Virus record (IMG/VR): IMGVR_UViG_3300030419_006158
Location: 1 to 53,939 of that record
DNA from: a virus
Lineage: Duplodnaviria; Caudoviricetes
Strand: one strand, 5' to 3'
DNA length: 53,939 bases
Below the pieces are notes generated by a model that worked only from the letters and a program-made list of their open reading frames with translations, had not been told where the DNA came from and did no database searches. Position numbers and translations under genes: made by a program. Below, piece by piece: positions 28,509 to 37,341 of this stretch; position 1 is the first letter of the stretch; each line of letters opens with the position of its first letter.

Positions 28509-29222
28509 ATGAAATACATATTGTTCTTTTTACTGTCTGTTTCTGTTGTCGCTAAGGACAATCCATACTCACTTATTAATAAAAGAAATGCCTTTGACTT
28601 AGCTGACGACTTACCACCTGCGAAGGTACTAGTTGATAAGGTTGAGATACCTAACATAGAGCTTTTCCTAACGGGAGTCACACGTTGGAGAGGAGAGACT
28701 AAAGCACACCTCTACTCTAAAGATTTACCTAACAAATACATGAGTTTAAAAGCAGGAGAACAGTTAGGTCCAATAAAGGTGTTGAGTGTATCCAGAGATG
28801 GTGTAAAGGTTATTAATAATGGTACAGAACAGGTATTAACATTCTCATCTAATAGATTAAAAACTACTATTATTGGTGCCAAGAATAAACCAACAGTTGT
28901 TAAAAAAGACAGTAAAGAGAGTAGTAGATCTAGTCGAGATAAAGAATCAAGTAAATCAACTCCTGCTCCTCCTCGTCCAAGTGTCGTGAAGGTACCTTCT
29001 AGGAATAGAGGTATTACTGATCCTAGAATGCAGTCAATGATGGAGAGGGGATTAGAGTACCTTAATAAAATAGAAGACCCAAAAAAGAAAGAAGCTATGC
29101 TTGAAAGATTAGAAAAGTTTCAAAGAGGAGATTACGATAAAGAAATTCAAGACAGGATGAAGCGATATGAAGAGTACAGGAAGAGTAGAGATAGTGGTAG
29201 AAGCAGAGAAAGGAAAAAATAA
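28509..29222 (+). CDS. Exported protein resembling verrucomicrobial type II secretion GspC/PilP-like proteins
   Basis: Signal peptide; NPY..I..RN.F.L...PP...LTGVT...SL..GE..G.I.VL.V...VKV.NNG...LTF; late promoter TAAATA upstream. Confidence 0.5.
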   Translation: MKYILFFLLSVSVVAKDNPYSLINKRNAFDLADDLPPAKVLVDKVEIPNIELFLTGVTRWRGETKAHLYSKDLPNKYMSLKAGEQLGPIKVLSVSRDGVKVINNGTEQVLTFSSNRLKTTIIGAKNKPTVVKKDSKESSRSSRDKESSKSTPAPPRPSVVKVPSRNRGITDPRMQSMMERGLEYLNKIEDPKKKEAMLERLEKFQRGDYDKEIQDRMKRYEEYRKSRDSGRSRERKK

Positions 29223-29584
29223 TGTACGAATATAAAGCTAAAATTACTAGAGTTGTCGACGGAGATACAGTTGATGCATTAATTGATTGTGGTTTTTCCG
29301 TTTTTAGAAAGGAGAGAATTAGACTATTTGGTATTAATGCTCCAGAATCTCGTACTCGAGATAAGGAAGAAAAAAAGCGAGGTTTAGCTGCAAAAGCTAG
29401 ACTAAAGGAGCTTATAAAAGAAGGTAAGAATCAAGTTGTTGTTCAGACTCAAATAGATAAGAAGGGTAAGTTTGGGCGTTTATTAGGTGAGTTGTTTAAC
29501 CATCAAGTAAACGCCTGTAAAACTTATAATGAAATCTTAGTAGATGAGGGTCATGCTGTGGAGTACTTTGGCGGAAAGAAATAA
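29222..29584 (+). CDS. Thermonuclease (SNase-like)
   Basis: VVDGDT, RIRL.GINAPE, GKFGRLLG, LV.EGHA..Y.GG. Confidence 0.92.
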   Translation: MYEYKAKITRVVDGDTVDALIDCGFSVFRKERIRLFGINAPESRTRDKEEKKRGLAAKARLKELIKEGKNQVVVQTQIDKKGKFGRLLGELFNHQVNACKTYNEILVDEGHAVEYFGGKK

Positions 29585-29592
29585 ATATTTAC

Positions 29593-30093
29593 ATGAAGCA
29601 TCTATTGATAGTCGTAGGATTGGTATTTGGCCTAACCACCGCTTACGGTGGTCCTGATAAGGGCCCTAAAAAGCATCGCGGTAAAGGTAAGCCTACACCT
29701 GAGCAGGTTGAAGCTTTCAAAGCAAAGTGGGAAGCTGCTAAAAAGAAGAGAGATAAAAAACGTGGTGACGCTAAGAAACGTGGTAGCAAGCATCGTGGAC
29801 CTCGAGGAGAGTTCGGTAAATTAGTTCGTGATGATGCTAAAATTAAAGAACTTAAAGAAGCGTTTGAAGCGGCAGCAAAGAAACTCAAAGGCAAAGTAGA
29901 TCGGAACCAATGGAAGGATGCCACTGATGAAGAGAAAGCAGCTTTAAGAGATAAAATTAAAGCTAATCGTAAAGAGTGGGAAGCTGCAATGAAAGCTCAT
30001 AGAGTTGAAGTTGGTAAGCGCATCAGAGAAATTCGTGAAGAGTTTAAGAACAATCGTGATAAAGTCATTGATGGTAACAAACCTGGTGAATAA
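29593..30093 (+). CDS. Secreted basic helical protein (possibly Spy/CpxP-like)
   Basis: Signal peptide, K/R/E-rich helices; TAAATA at 29582. Confidence 0.55.
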   Translation: MKHLLIVVGLVFGLTTAYGGPDKGPKKHRGKGKPTPEQVEAFKAKWEAAKKKRDKKRGDAKKRGSKHRGPRGEFGKLVRDDAKIKELKEAFEAAAKKLKGKVDRNQWKDATDEEKAALRDKIKANRKEWEAAMKAHRVEVGKRIREIREEFKNNRDKVIDGNKPGE

Positions 30094-30114
30094 TTCTACC
30101 GTGTGAAGATATAC

Positions 30115-30145
30115 AAAGGCGGTCAATTAATTGGCCGCCTTTTTT
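30115..30145 (+). terminator. Rho-independent terminator
   Basis: AAAGGCGGTCAA/TTGGCCGCCTTT stem followed by a T run. Confidence 0.85.
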
Positions 30146-30147
30146 AG

Positions 30148-30175
30148 TTGCCTATAGTGGGACTAGTACTATAAT
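30148..30175 (+). promoter_or_regulatory. Sigma70-type early promoter
   Basis: TTGCCT-N16-TATAAT, 6 nt before GTG. Confidence 0.7.
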
Positions 30176-30181
30176 ATTAAT

Positions 30182-30700
30182 GTGTCTAAGTATATTTTCG
30201 ATAACGATGATGATGAGAATAAGGAAGGGTTCGGAAGTCTTAAGACTAATAAAAAATCATCTAAAACTAAAGAAAAAACTAATAAAACATTTAATCAATT
30301 AGTTAAATCCTTATATAGGTCAACAGTCCAGGCTCAAAGTAAAGTTGAGCAGCTTCATATTCAAAATTTTGTTTCAAAATATTTTGACGAAGACGGAAAA
30401 CCAAATTTCATTACATTATCATTACCTACAAATGATGGTGATGGTGCTCATAGTGTTGATGTTGATGTTCCTTTATTGACACTAGCTCATAGCACACATC
30501 TTAATATTAAAGAACTTGATATTGAGTTTGAAGTTGAATTAGGACATTTTGAAGATATTGACGATGATGAGATCAGTGCCAAGGTAACTTCTGTAAATGG
30601 AAGAAAAATGGCTAAAATTACACTTAAGTTAGACTCGTGTGATCCACCTGAAGGAATTGCTAGAATTCGACAAGAATTAAATAAAATTTTACCATCTTGA
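30182..30700 (+). CDS. DUF2589 domain protein (short paralog)
   Basis: AQ......F..YF, VPLLTL....L.I.E..IEFEV, PPEG.ARI. Confidence 0.7.
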   Translation: MSKYIFDNDDDENKEGFGSLKTNKKSSKTKEKTNKTFNQLVKSLYRSTVQAQSKVEQLHIQNFVSKYFDEDGKPNFITLSLPTNDGDGAHSVDVDVPLLTLAHSTHLNIKELDIEFEVELGHFEDIDDDEISAKVTSVNGRKMAKITLKLDSCDPPEGIARIRQELNKILPS

Positions 30701-30737
30701 TGGTTTTTTTCCGTTGGGATAATTAAATACTGGCGTT

Positions 30738-31391
30738 ATGGCAGGAATAGCAGATCAATTCAAAGGACTTCCAATGTCCGACTTAATAAGTCAACCCCTG
30801 TTAGCTGCAGCGAAGGCGCAGGGTCAATTATCAAATGTAACTCAACAGTTTATTAAAGACGTAGGTTTAGAAGGTGACGAGGGCTCCGGATATACCGCGC
30901 GCACCGTAGATTTTAAATTTAAATCTCCAGTAACAGATAAAAAAGGTAATACAACGTTAAAAGACAACGATCTTAATGTACCGTTACTGTCTATTGTAAA
31001 TGTTCCTAATTTATCAGTTAAAAAAGCTACTGTAGACTTTTCGATGGAAGTCAAATCGTCCAGTCAAGATACTACTACCGCGCAAACAGATGCTAATGTA
31101 AGCACAAAAGCGAAGTATAGTGCTTGGTGGTCACCAGTCAGTGTAGAGATGACTGCATCGGTAAGTACTAGTAATAAATCTGAAAGCGTTAGAAAAACAG
31201 ACAATTCAGCTAAGTATGATGTACATGTTGAAGCGCGTGATGATGGACCTCCAGAAGGGTTGATGAAAGTGTTAGATATTCTTAACTCTGCAATTGTTCC
31301 TAAGGGAGGTTCTACTGCACCAACTCCACCACAAGGTGGTAATAATCCACAAGGCGGAGGTGGTGGAGGAGGGAATCCACAGGGCGGTTAA
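30738..31391 (+). CDS. DUF2589 domain protein
   Basis: F.GLPM..LI..PL.AA..AQ, FI..VG, VPLLSIVN.P.L, F.MEVK, DNSAKY.V.V.A...PPEGL.KVLDIL; TAAATA at 30725. Confidence 0.8.
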   Translation: MAGIADQFKGLPMSDLISQPLLAAAKAQGQLSNVTQQFIKDVGLEGDEGSGYTARTVDFKFKSPVTDKKGNTTLKDNDLNVPLLSIVNVPNLSVKKATVDFSMEVKSSSQDTTTAQTDANVSTKAKYSAWWSPVSVEMTASVSTSNKSESVRKTDNSAKYDVHVEARDDGPPEGLMKVLDILNSAIVPKGGSTAPTPPQGGNNPQGGGGGGGNPQGG

Positions 31392-31406
31392 TAAAAGTCT
31401 AATATA

Positions 31407-31781
31407 TCAACGTTTAATACCCCAGTACTTGTGATCATAGTCTGGGGTATTTTCTTGTATTGCTGCCTCATACCATCTTCTATATTCATCTGGTTTCAGT
31501 TTCTTCATTAATTCAATTCCTGGGGTGATTGTATGATGGATACTGTTTGTGTCAGGGCTTGGTTCCCATATTCTCGCTAAAGCATACAATTGATTTTTTT
31601 CATAATCTTTACAATTAATTAACAAACAAAAGTTATGCAGTAAGGATTTTCTAGGAGGTGGATTAATTCCTCTTTCAATTTTTCTCCAAATACTCCTGTC
31701 AATTTTTAATAGTTTAGATATCTTTTCTGTGTCTCGAAAACGTCGACTTCGAAGTTCTTTTAAATAACTACTAAATTTCAT
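31407..31781 (-). CDS. XRE-like helix-turn-helix protein
   Basis: F..YLKELR...SK.L.I..S.W.KIERG..PPP. Confidence 0.7.
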   Translation of the reverse strand: MKFSSYLKELRSRRFRDTEKISKLLKIDRSIWRKIERGINPPPRKSLLHNFCLLINCKDYEKNQLYALARIWEPSPDTNSIHHTITPGIELMKKLKPDEYRRWYEAAIQENTPDYDHKYWGIKR

Positions 31782-31787
31782 TCCACG

Positions 31788-31799
31788 TATAAATATTTA
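31788..31799. promoter_or_regulatory. Palindromic bidirectional late promoter
   Basis: TATAAATATTTA gives TAAATA on both strands between divergent ATGs at 31781 and 31801. Confidence 0.65.
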
Positions 31800-31800
31800 C

Positions 31801-32283
31801 ATGACTAGACCTCTTAGAAGACGAAGACAATCTCTTATAAGTCAAATTCGACAGAGACTAGATGATATGGAGGATCGTTTAGAGTTGATCGAAGATGACT
31901 TAGGTATAAATAGTTCTATGGCAGACGATAAAATAGTTACAGCCGATGGTCCAGTCGGAGTTGGTAGCACTGCTCCTGCTGTTGGTGTCGGTAGTACAGC
32001 AACCTCTGAGACTGTTGGTGTTGGTGTTGGTAGCACTGCTCCTGATAACGTTGGTGTAGGTAGTACAGCAACCTCCGAGACTGTTGGTGTTGGTGTTGGT
32101 AGCACTGCTCCTGATAACGTTGGTGTAGGTAGTACAGCAACCTCTGAGACTGTTGGTGTAGGTAGTACAGCTCCAAGTGGTACTACACAAACTGATCCAG
32201 ATACAGCTGCAGACGGAGAGCAACCTGCTCCTGCTGTTGGCGTTGGTAGTACAGCTCCTGCACCTGATCCAGATTTCAGTTAA
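31801..32283 (+). CDS. Coiled-coil plus VGVGSTA-repeat protein
   Basis: N-terminal heptads, then about eight VGVGSTA/VGSTA units. Confidence 0.7.
   Translation: MTRPLRRRRQSLISQIRQRLDDMEDRLELIEDDLGINSSMADDKIVTADGPVGVGSTAPAVGVGSTATSETVGVGVGSTAPDNVGVGSTATSETVGVGVGSTAPDNVGVGSTATSETVGVGSTAPSGTTQTDPDTAADGEQPAPAVGVGSTAPAPDPDFS
31981..32175. repeat. 69-bp coding tandem repeat (about 2.7 copies)
   Basis: Units start at 31981, 32050 and 32119 and encode VGVGSTATSETVGVGVGSTAPDN with synonymous differences. Confidence 0.85.
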
Positions 32284-32300
32284 TACAGCGCGGTGTTTTT

Positions 32301-32330
32301 TAGTGTTAGTGTGATATCTAACACTATTTC
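32301..32330. terminator. Probable terminator hairpin between convergent genes
   Basis: TAGTGTTAG/CTAACACTA stem. Confidence 0.5.
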
Positions 32331-32339
32331 TATGTTTGT

Positions 32340-32759
32340 TTATCTTATACCGCCTGCTTGTTTTTCGTGAGGAGCACCAACCTTAGGTAAAAAATGAGGA
32401 TGGGCAGGTTCGTGTAGGTCATCTCTTCCTTGTTCTAGCTTTACAGATTTAATTCTTAAGTTATCAACATGATTTTCTAATGTAGAAACATCATCTTCAA
32501 TAAACCTCAAACGCATATTCTGTTCAGCATCGTCAGGTAGTGCACCTAACTGTCCGAGAGGCCATTTTACTCGGAACTCCGAGTTCATTGTTACGCTGTC
32601 TTTCATTCTTAATACGTCTATTTCTAATTGAGAAATTTTAGAAGTCAGTCCGAAATATCCCCAAACAGCTGCACCAGCTAGTACTATAATTTGTATTAAC
32701 CATTTAAGGTTAATACCTAAACTCGTGTCGTTATTGATTGTTGTGTTTTCACCATCCAT
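32340..32759 (-). CDS. Single-TM coiled-coil protein
   Basis: NLKWLIQIIV...VWGYF; WP.G..G.LP.D.EQ. Confidence 0.65.
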   Translation of the reverse strand: MDGENTTINNDTSLGINLKWLIQIIVLAGAAVWGYFGLTSKISQLEIDVLRMKDSVTMNSEFRVKWPLGQLGALPDDAEQNMRLRFIEDDVSTLENHVDNLRIKSVKLEQGRDDLHEPAHPHFLPKVGAPHEKQAGGIR

Positions 32760-32767
32760 GTGAATAC

Positions 32768-33001
32768 TTATGCTAATAAATCAAGTTCATATGCAGTTAT
32801 TGCATCATAAAGAGCATTATATTCTAAAGTTTCATTAATTTGTTGTGCCAGGTATGCGCCAAAAAGTCTTTCTGATGCTGCTCGACGAACCGCTGTACTA
32901 CTCGCTAATTCCGCTGAAGTCTGTTGTCGATCACTCCAAGCTTTAATGCTTTTAGATTGTATATCATTATCCCCTATGTTCCACGGTAAGTTAACATTCA
33001 T
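32768..33001 (-). CDS. Hypothetical protein
   Basis: 77 aa coupled ORF. Confidence 0.55.
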   Translation of the reverse strand: MNVNLPWNIGDNDIQSKSIKAWSDRQQTSAELASSTAVRRAASERLFGAYLAQQINETLEYNALYDAITAYELDLLA

Positions 33002-33261
33002 TTTTTAATTTCTATAGGCTCATGTTGTCTTGTTGTATAAATATGATGGAGTTTATCATACGCTTCGTCATAATTCCATTGTGGGCATTTCAAGGACATT
33101 GTTCTATGTTTTGGATAGTCTTCTTGCCATATCCATGTACCAGTGCATCCGGATAAAAATATTATAATACCGCCATACAGTATAATATGAAAAGCCCTAA
33201 AAATGGTGCTGCAGCTATAATTAAATAGCCTTCCCAGTTTTGTTTCATATCTTCCATCCAT
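32998..33261 (-). CDS. Putative lipoprotein (start uncertain)
   Basis: IIIFLSGC lipobox; overlaps the upstream ORF. Confidence 0.45.
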   Translation of the reverse strand: MDGRYETKLGRLFNYSCSTIFRAFHIILYGGIIIFLSGCTGTWIWQEDYPKHRTMSLKCPQWNYDEAYDKLHHIYTTRQHEPIEIKK

Positions 33262-33356
33262 ATTTTTTTAATTTCTTTACATTGTTTTGTTATTTTATGT
33301 TTTTTATAATTTAATTGTTCTTTAAAGGTTAGGTTTCTATGAATTGGTTTAGCCAT
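33162..33356 (-). CDS. Small membrane protein
   Basis: C-terminal TM helix. Confidence 0.5.
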   Translation of the reverse strand: MAKPIHRNLTFKEQLNYKKHKITKQCKEIKKIWMEDMKQNWEGYLIIAAAPFLGLFILYCMAVL

Positions 33357-33357
33357 T

Positions 33358-33567
33358 TCATCTTATTCCTGATCCTATTCTAATGAGGGGCAAATGTAAA
33401 ACTGAGTTTGTTTCTGACTCATTTGTTGTATAGCCTACGAACGCCATTGGTACGTCTATGTGCTCCACCTCTTTTGCAGGCGGCGGGAAGTAATAACATA
33501 TATCAAACGTTAATAGGGTACTAATAATAAAAATTATAAATGCTTTAAGTATATCTTCTGTTTTCAT
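33358..33567 (-). CDS. Small membrane protein
   Basis: N-terminal TM helix; coupled to the upstream gene. Confidence 0.5.
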   Translation of the reverse strand: MKTEDILKAFIIFIISTLLTFDICYYFPPPAKEVEHIDVPMAFVGYTTNESETNSVLHLPLIRIGSGIR

Positions 33568-34511
33568 ATATTTTTTATCCTTTTATCGTTAACTGCGCTC
33601 GCTTTAGCGAAATTCCAACTAAAGGGAGTGATTTTGCTTCCTAACGCAACATCTGTTTTGCCTTGTTTAAGAAATAAAGGCACACAATTATGAATGCTTC
33701 TTTGTGTAATTTTCTGTTTTCGTGGTACAAACATTAATTCATTTATCTTTTTTGTATAGTCCTTAAATGTATCTTTATTTATTATGTTCGAAGAAGTTAT
33801 AAAAAAATCAAAAACTGCATGTGGTGTATAACAATTAGGGGACTTTTCATCAGGAGTTCTAACTGATAACTCTGTAAAGTATATGTACCTCGATAATTGA
33901 TCTCTTCGTACTAATGCCTCTAATTTTCCATACTTAATTTGTTTTAGGTATATGTCAGATCGACTTCTAATAATAATATCATAATGTATGTTATTTTCTT
34001 CCGCGTAGTCAGTCATAAGAATCAACGACTTACACATAGACATAATTTGAGAAAATTTCATTCTACTAGTTCTTTTTATTGCAGCATAAAACCCCTCTTT
34101 AATATTCATATTACTTGCTTTTAATTCTTCTGATGAAGATTGTAAAATATGTTTCATTATTGATTCATCTTTTACGTTATGTTTCTGCGCTACTAATTGA
34201 ATATATTTCCACGCTTCATCAATATGTGGATCAAGCTTGTCTTTACTCTCACATATACCCACTGTTGGTTTAAAATTATATTGTAATTCATCAGCATTAA
34301 TATTTTTTATCATAGGTTCGTCTGTTAGCTTAACATCTCTAGGCTTAGCTGGATACTGACAAGTAACATCATCCCAGAAATGATAGAATACATCAACCTT
34401 TATTGGACCGAGACTGGCTTGGTCTATAAACTTAGAAATTGATTGGACGGCATTTTCCCAAAACCTTGGTTCTGTACTAAGACAAATAGCTATATTTATT
34501 TTTTTATCCAT
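33564..34511 (-). CDS. Glycosyltransferase-like protein (paralog of 49586-50491)
   Basis: NIAICLS.EPR, D.FYHFWD, YDIIIRSRSD. Confidence 0.6.
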   Translation of the reverse strand: MDKKINIAICLSTEPRFWENAVQSISKFIDQASLGPIKVDVFYHFWDDVTCQYPAKPRDVKLTDEPMIKNINADELQYNFKPTVGICESKDKLDPHIDEAWKYIQLVAQKHNVKDESIMKHILQSSSEELKASNMNIKEGFYAAIKRTSRMKFSQIMSMCKSLILMTDYAEENNIHYDIIIRSRSDIYLKQIKYGKLEALVRRDQLSRYIYFTELSVRTPDEKSPNCYTPHAVFDFFITSSNIINKDTFKDYTKKINELMFVPRKQKITQRSIHNCVPLFLKQGKTDVALGSKITPFSWNFAKASAVNDKRIKNI

Positions 34512-34514
34512 TTT

Positions 34515-34634
34515 TTATTCTTTAATTTCTTTCTTCGTGTTTTGTCTTTCCTCCTTCCAAAACTTTCTCTGCCAATATTTACGTAAATGCTTCCGCCATT
34601 GGGGAGATCTAGTTAGTTTACTTGTTTTGGCCAT
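34515..34634 (-). CDS. Small basic peptide (39 aa, not in ORF track)
   Basis: MAKTSKLTRSPQWRKHLRKYWQRKFWKEER. Confidence 0.5.
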   Translation of the reverse strand: MAKTSKLTRSPQWRKHLRKYWQRKFWKEERQNTKKEIKE

Positions 34635-34789
34635 TCTTCTTTTCTTTCTTGGATGGTTAGTTTTTCTTGTTTGTTACCAAACGCGCTATGTCTTGGATTG
34701 CAGCAACATTGGCATCGCGGTTTGTTGTCCCTTATTTTTTCCGCTTTGCCTGTTTTGTAATTTATATGGTTTCTCGTTGTTCTACTCAT
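34613..34789 (-). CDS. Small Cys-containing basic protein
   Basis: MSRT.R...CQCCCNPRH...LTIQERK; start overlaps the cyclase stop. Confidence 0.55.
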   Translation of the reverse strand: MSRTTRNHINYKTGKAEKIRDNKPRCQCCCNPRHSAFGNKQEKLTIQERKEEWPKQVN

Positions 34790-36326
34790 CTGTCTTGAAC
34801 TCCGCTTTTTTAGTACCTCTCCAGTCGGGGAACTCTGTTCGACCGAATCCAGGGCCGTATGCTGTATGTATGTGTACAGTTGTACCATGCTTAACAAACA
34901 CTTGACCCCAGTCTTCAAATTTTAACCCTGGTATATCCATTTCACTTACGTTATTATATACTTGGTTTGAAATTAATATATGATCATTATCTCCAGCATC
35001 CATACACCTTTGCGCCATGTTAATGCCGTGTCCACTGACGTTTGGATTATCATTAATGTCTTTTACTGGTACTACAGGGCCAGTGTATAACCCGTTCCTT
35101 AAACCTATGTTTGCGCTTTTATAGCATTTCTTACCTACATCTACTGCACATTTAAAAGCAGCATGAACACTATTAAAAAACACTAAAGCCATTCCATCAC
35201 CAGTAGGTAAGATTATTAACTTACCTTGTCTTTGTGCTTGTTGATATCCTTCTGTTCCTTTAACAATAGCGATAAGATCATCCATTACTTTCTTTTGCAT
35301 CGCGGTACTCTTTTTGGAGTAACCTACAATATCCATAAAGTATGTATGAGACTCACAAGGACTATCATACGTAATAGAATCACCTTTTAAGTTAAATGGG
35401 TCGCCTCCCCACTTCCATTTTATAACTCTAGATCTCTTCAAGCGCTCTTCTTCTGCTTTAGCTTTATCAGCAGCTTCTTGTATGCGTGCGTTTCTTTCGT
35501 CGTGTTCTTTCTGTAGCGCATCTTCTCTAGCTCGTCTATCAGCCTTCGACTCAGTCATTTTACCCCATAGACTAGTTGGAGCTTTTTTGACATTTTGAAA
35601 TTCCATAGATTTGTATTCTTTTGGTTTATTAGAACCAACTTTAACATGACTCGTAGAGCCCGTAGGTTGTTTTTTATAGTTCCTATTAGGGTTCTTTAAA
35701 CATCCTTTAGATTTTAAATACGTTAATAGCTCTTCATAATTATTATCAGAAGCTATTTCGTACGGATTTAATTGACCGTCGAGACATGCCCCGTTCGGAT
35801 TAGCCTTATATTCAAATAGTAGCTCGCACAGTTCTTTATTGTTTAACTCTACAGCATAATGAATAGCCATCCACCCTCGATTATCTCTTCCATTAACTTT
35901 TATGGTATCATCTTCTAATAATGTTTCAATTTCATCTACATCTTCCATTTGCACGGCTTGTTGTAGGGTCATATCATTACCGTAAAATTGTCCTCCCTTG
36001 TCTTTTAAGTTAGTAAGTATTTTTAACCGATTTGGTCCCTCTGCTACATCCATTGGGTAAACTATAGGATCTTTGCTATGTTCATTTTTTTCTAGAGCTA
36101 AGTTCCAATCGCTTTGAGTTTCATTTTGTGGTGGATTACTTTTTACATTTGGTGATATTCCAGCATCTAGTATTATTTGAACGATTTTAGTCTTACTGCT
36201 ATTAGCTGCATAGTGTAGAGGGCTCCATCCTCTTTCTTTATCTAAGGATAGTATAAGCCTTTTATTTTTTACAGCAGTTTTGATGCCTTTAATGTTACCA
36301 GACCTAGCTAAAGCATGAACATCCAT
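34782..36326 (-). CDS. Ankyrin-repeat / class III nucleotide cyclase fusion
   Basis: Ankyrin repeats (GWSPLHYAA, GWMAIHYAV); cyclase motifs FMDIVGYS, PTGDGMALVF, LR.G..TGPV, G.GINMAQR, ILIS, VKHG; minus-strand TAAATA at 36334-36339. Confidence 0.88.
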   Translation of the reverse strand: MDVHALARSGNIKGIKTAVKNKRLILSLDKERGWSPLHYAANSSKTKIVQIILDAGISPNVKSNPPQNETQSDWNLALEKNEHSKDPIVYPMDVAEGPNRLKILTNLKDKGGQFYGNDMTLQQAVQMEDVDEIETLLEDDTIKVNGRDNRGWMAIHYAVELNNKELCELLFEYKANPNGACLDGQLNPYEIASDNNYEELLTYLKSKGCLKNPNRNYKKQPTGSTSHVKVGSNKPKEYKSMEFQNVKKAPTSLWGKMTESKADRRAREDALQKEHDERNARIQEAADKAKAEEERLKRSRVIKWKWGGDPFNLKGDSITYDSPCESHTYFMDIVGYSKKSTAMQKKVMDDLIAIVKGTEGYQQAQRQGKLIILPTGDGMALVFFNSVHAAFKCAVDVGKKCYKSANIGLRNGLYTGPVVPVKDINDNPNVSGHGINMAQRCMDAGDNDHILISNQVYNNVSEMDIPGLKFEDWGQVFVKHGTTVHIHTAYGPGFGRTEFPDWRGTKKAEFKTDE

Positions 36327-36332
36327 ATAGAA

Positions 36333-37325
36333 TTATTTATTTTTATCTAATTTGTTAATGTATGTGATGACTTGTTTTATTGAATCATGTAATGGTGTAG
36401 TTGCTTCGAACCCAAGTATTTGTTTAGCTTTTGTAACATCAGGTATGCGTTTTTGTATATCGTATGTAGGTGGTTCGTCGCTTATGTAATTAAAAGGCTT
36501 ATCACCATTAATTTCTTTCCATACTAACTGTGCTAATTCTAAAATAGTTGTTGTCTGTGAGGTTGAGATATTAAAATCTTCATTTATTGCAGCTTCATTT
36601 TCAATGGCTAATCTTATACCTCGCACAACATCTTTTACATCTGTAAAACAACGAACTTGGTTACCAGAGCCTAAAATATGTAATGGGTCTTGTCCTTGAA
36701 GAGTTTTATTAATTAAGTCTGGTAAAACAAATTTATTAACTTTCCCTGTCGCGTGATTAATACCAGTACCTATACAATTTGATGGTCGTATAATTGTGTA
36801 TGGTAATTGATATTGCTCATATGCACTTTTAGTAATATATTCTCTTAGGAGTGTTTGAAATCCATAAGTAGAGACTGGTGCTAGAATATTTTTTAAAGAG
36901 GCTTCGGTTGTAGGAAAAGTATCAGCATTTTCAAACACCTCACTCCCAGAAAGTACAATCTGCCGTTTTACTTGATACTCTTTAAATAGCTTAATAGCTA
37001 ATTCAGTTTCAGTAGTTAATATTCGTGCGTTTGCTTGTAGTGCATCATATGAACGTTTATCATAATAACGTGTACCATATACTTCACCAGCAGCAGAAAC
37101 CCAAACATCAATATCTTTAAAACAAGGACCTAGTCTAGGAGTTATTTGACATTTTACAATATTTGTTTCTAAGAATGTAAACTCAGGATGGTTGTCATGT
37201 TTTCTTTCTATTTTTCCATACTTAGAGCAATCATCTAGACCCATTACTGAGTATCCATTACTAAGTAATTCGTCACACAAGTGACTACCTATAAACCCTT
37301 GACATCCAGTTACTACTACTTTCAT
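36333..37325 (-). CDS. NAD-dependent epimerase/dehydratase-like SDR (YxxxK altered)
   Basis: TGCQGFIG, YGFQT, RP.NCIG, G.G.Q.RCFT. Confidence 0.85.
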   Translation of the reverse strand: MKVVVTGCQGFIGSHLCDELLSNGYSVMGLDDCSKYGKIERKHDNHPEFTFLETNIVKCQITPRLGPCFKDIDVWVSAAGEVYGTRYYDKRSYDALQANARILTTETELAIKLFKEYQVKRQIVLSGSEVFENADTFPTTEASLKNILAPVSTYGFQTLLREYITKSAYEQYQLPYTIIRPSNCIGTGINHATGKVNKFVLPDLINKTLQGQDPLHILGSGNQVRCFTDVKDVVRGIRLAIENEAAINEDFNISTSQTTTILELAQLVWKEINGDKPFNYISDEPPTYDIQKRIPDVTKAKQILGFEATTPLHDSIKQVITYINKLDKNK

Positions 37326-37341
37326 TACTATGTAAAATTAT

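Noticed and set aside
31950-32260. Repeat array as a possible CRISPR
   Set aside because: Repeats are in-frame, differ at synonymous positions and have no unique spacers; no cas genes in the window
34782-36326. Complete Pycsar or CBASS defence system
   Set aside because: No adjacent cyclic-nucleotide-binding TIR or TM effector is recognisable in the window
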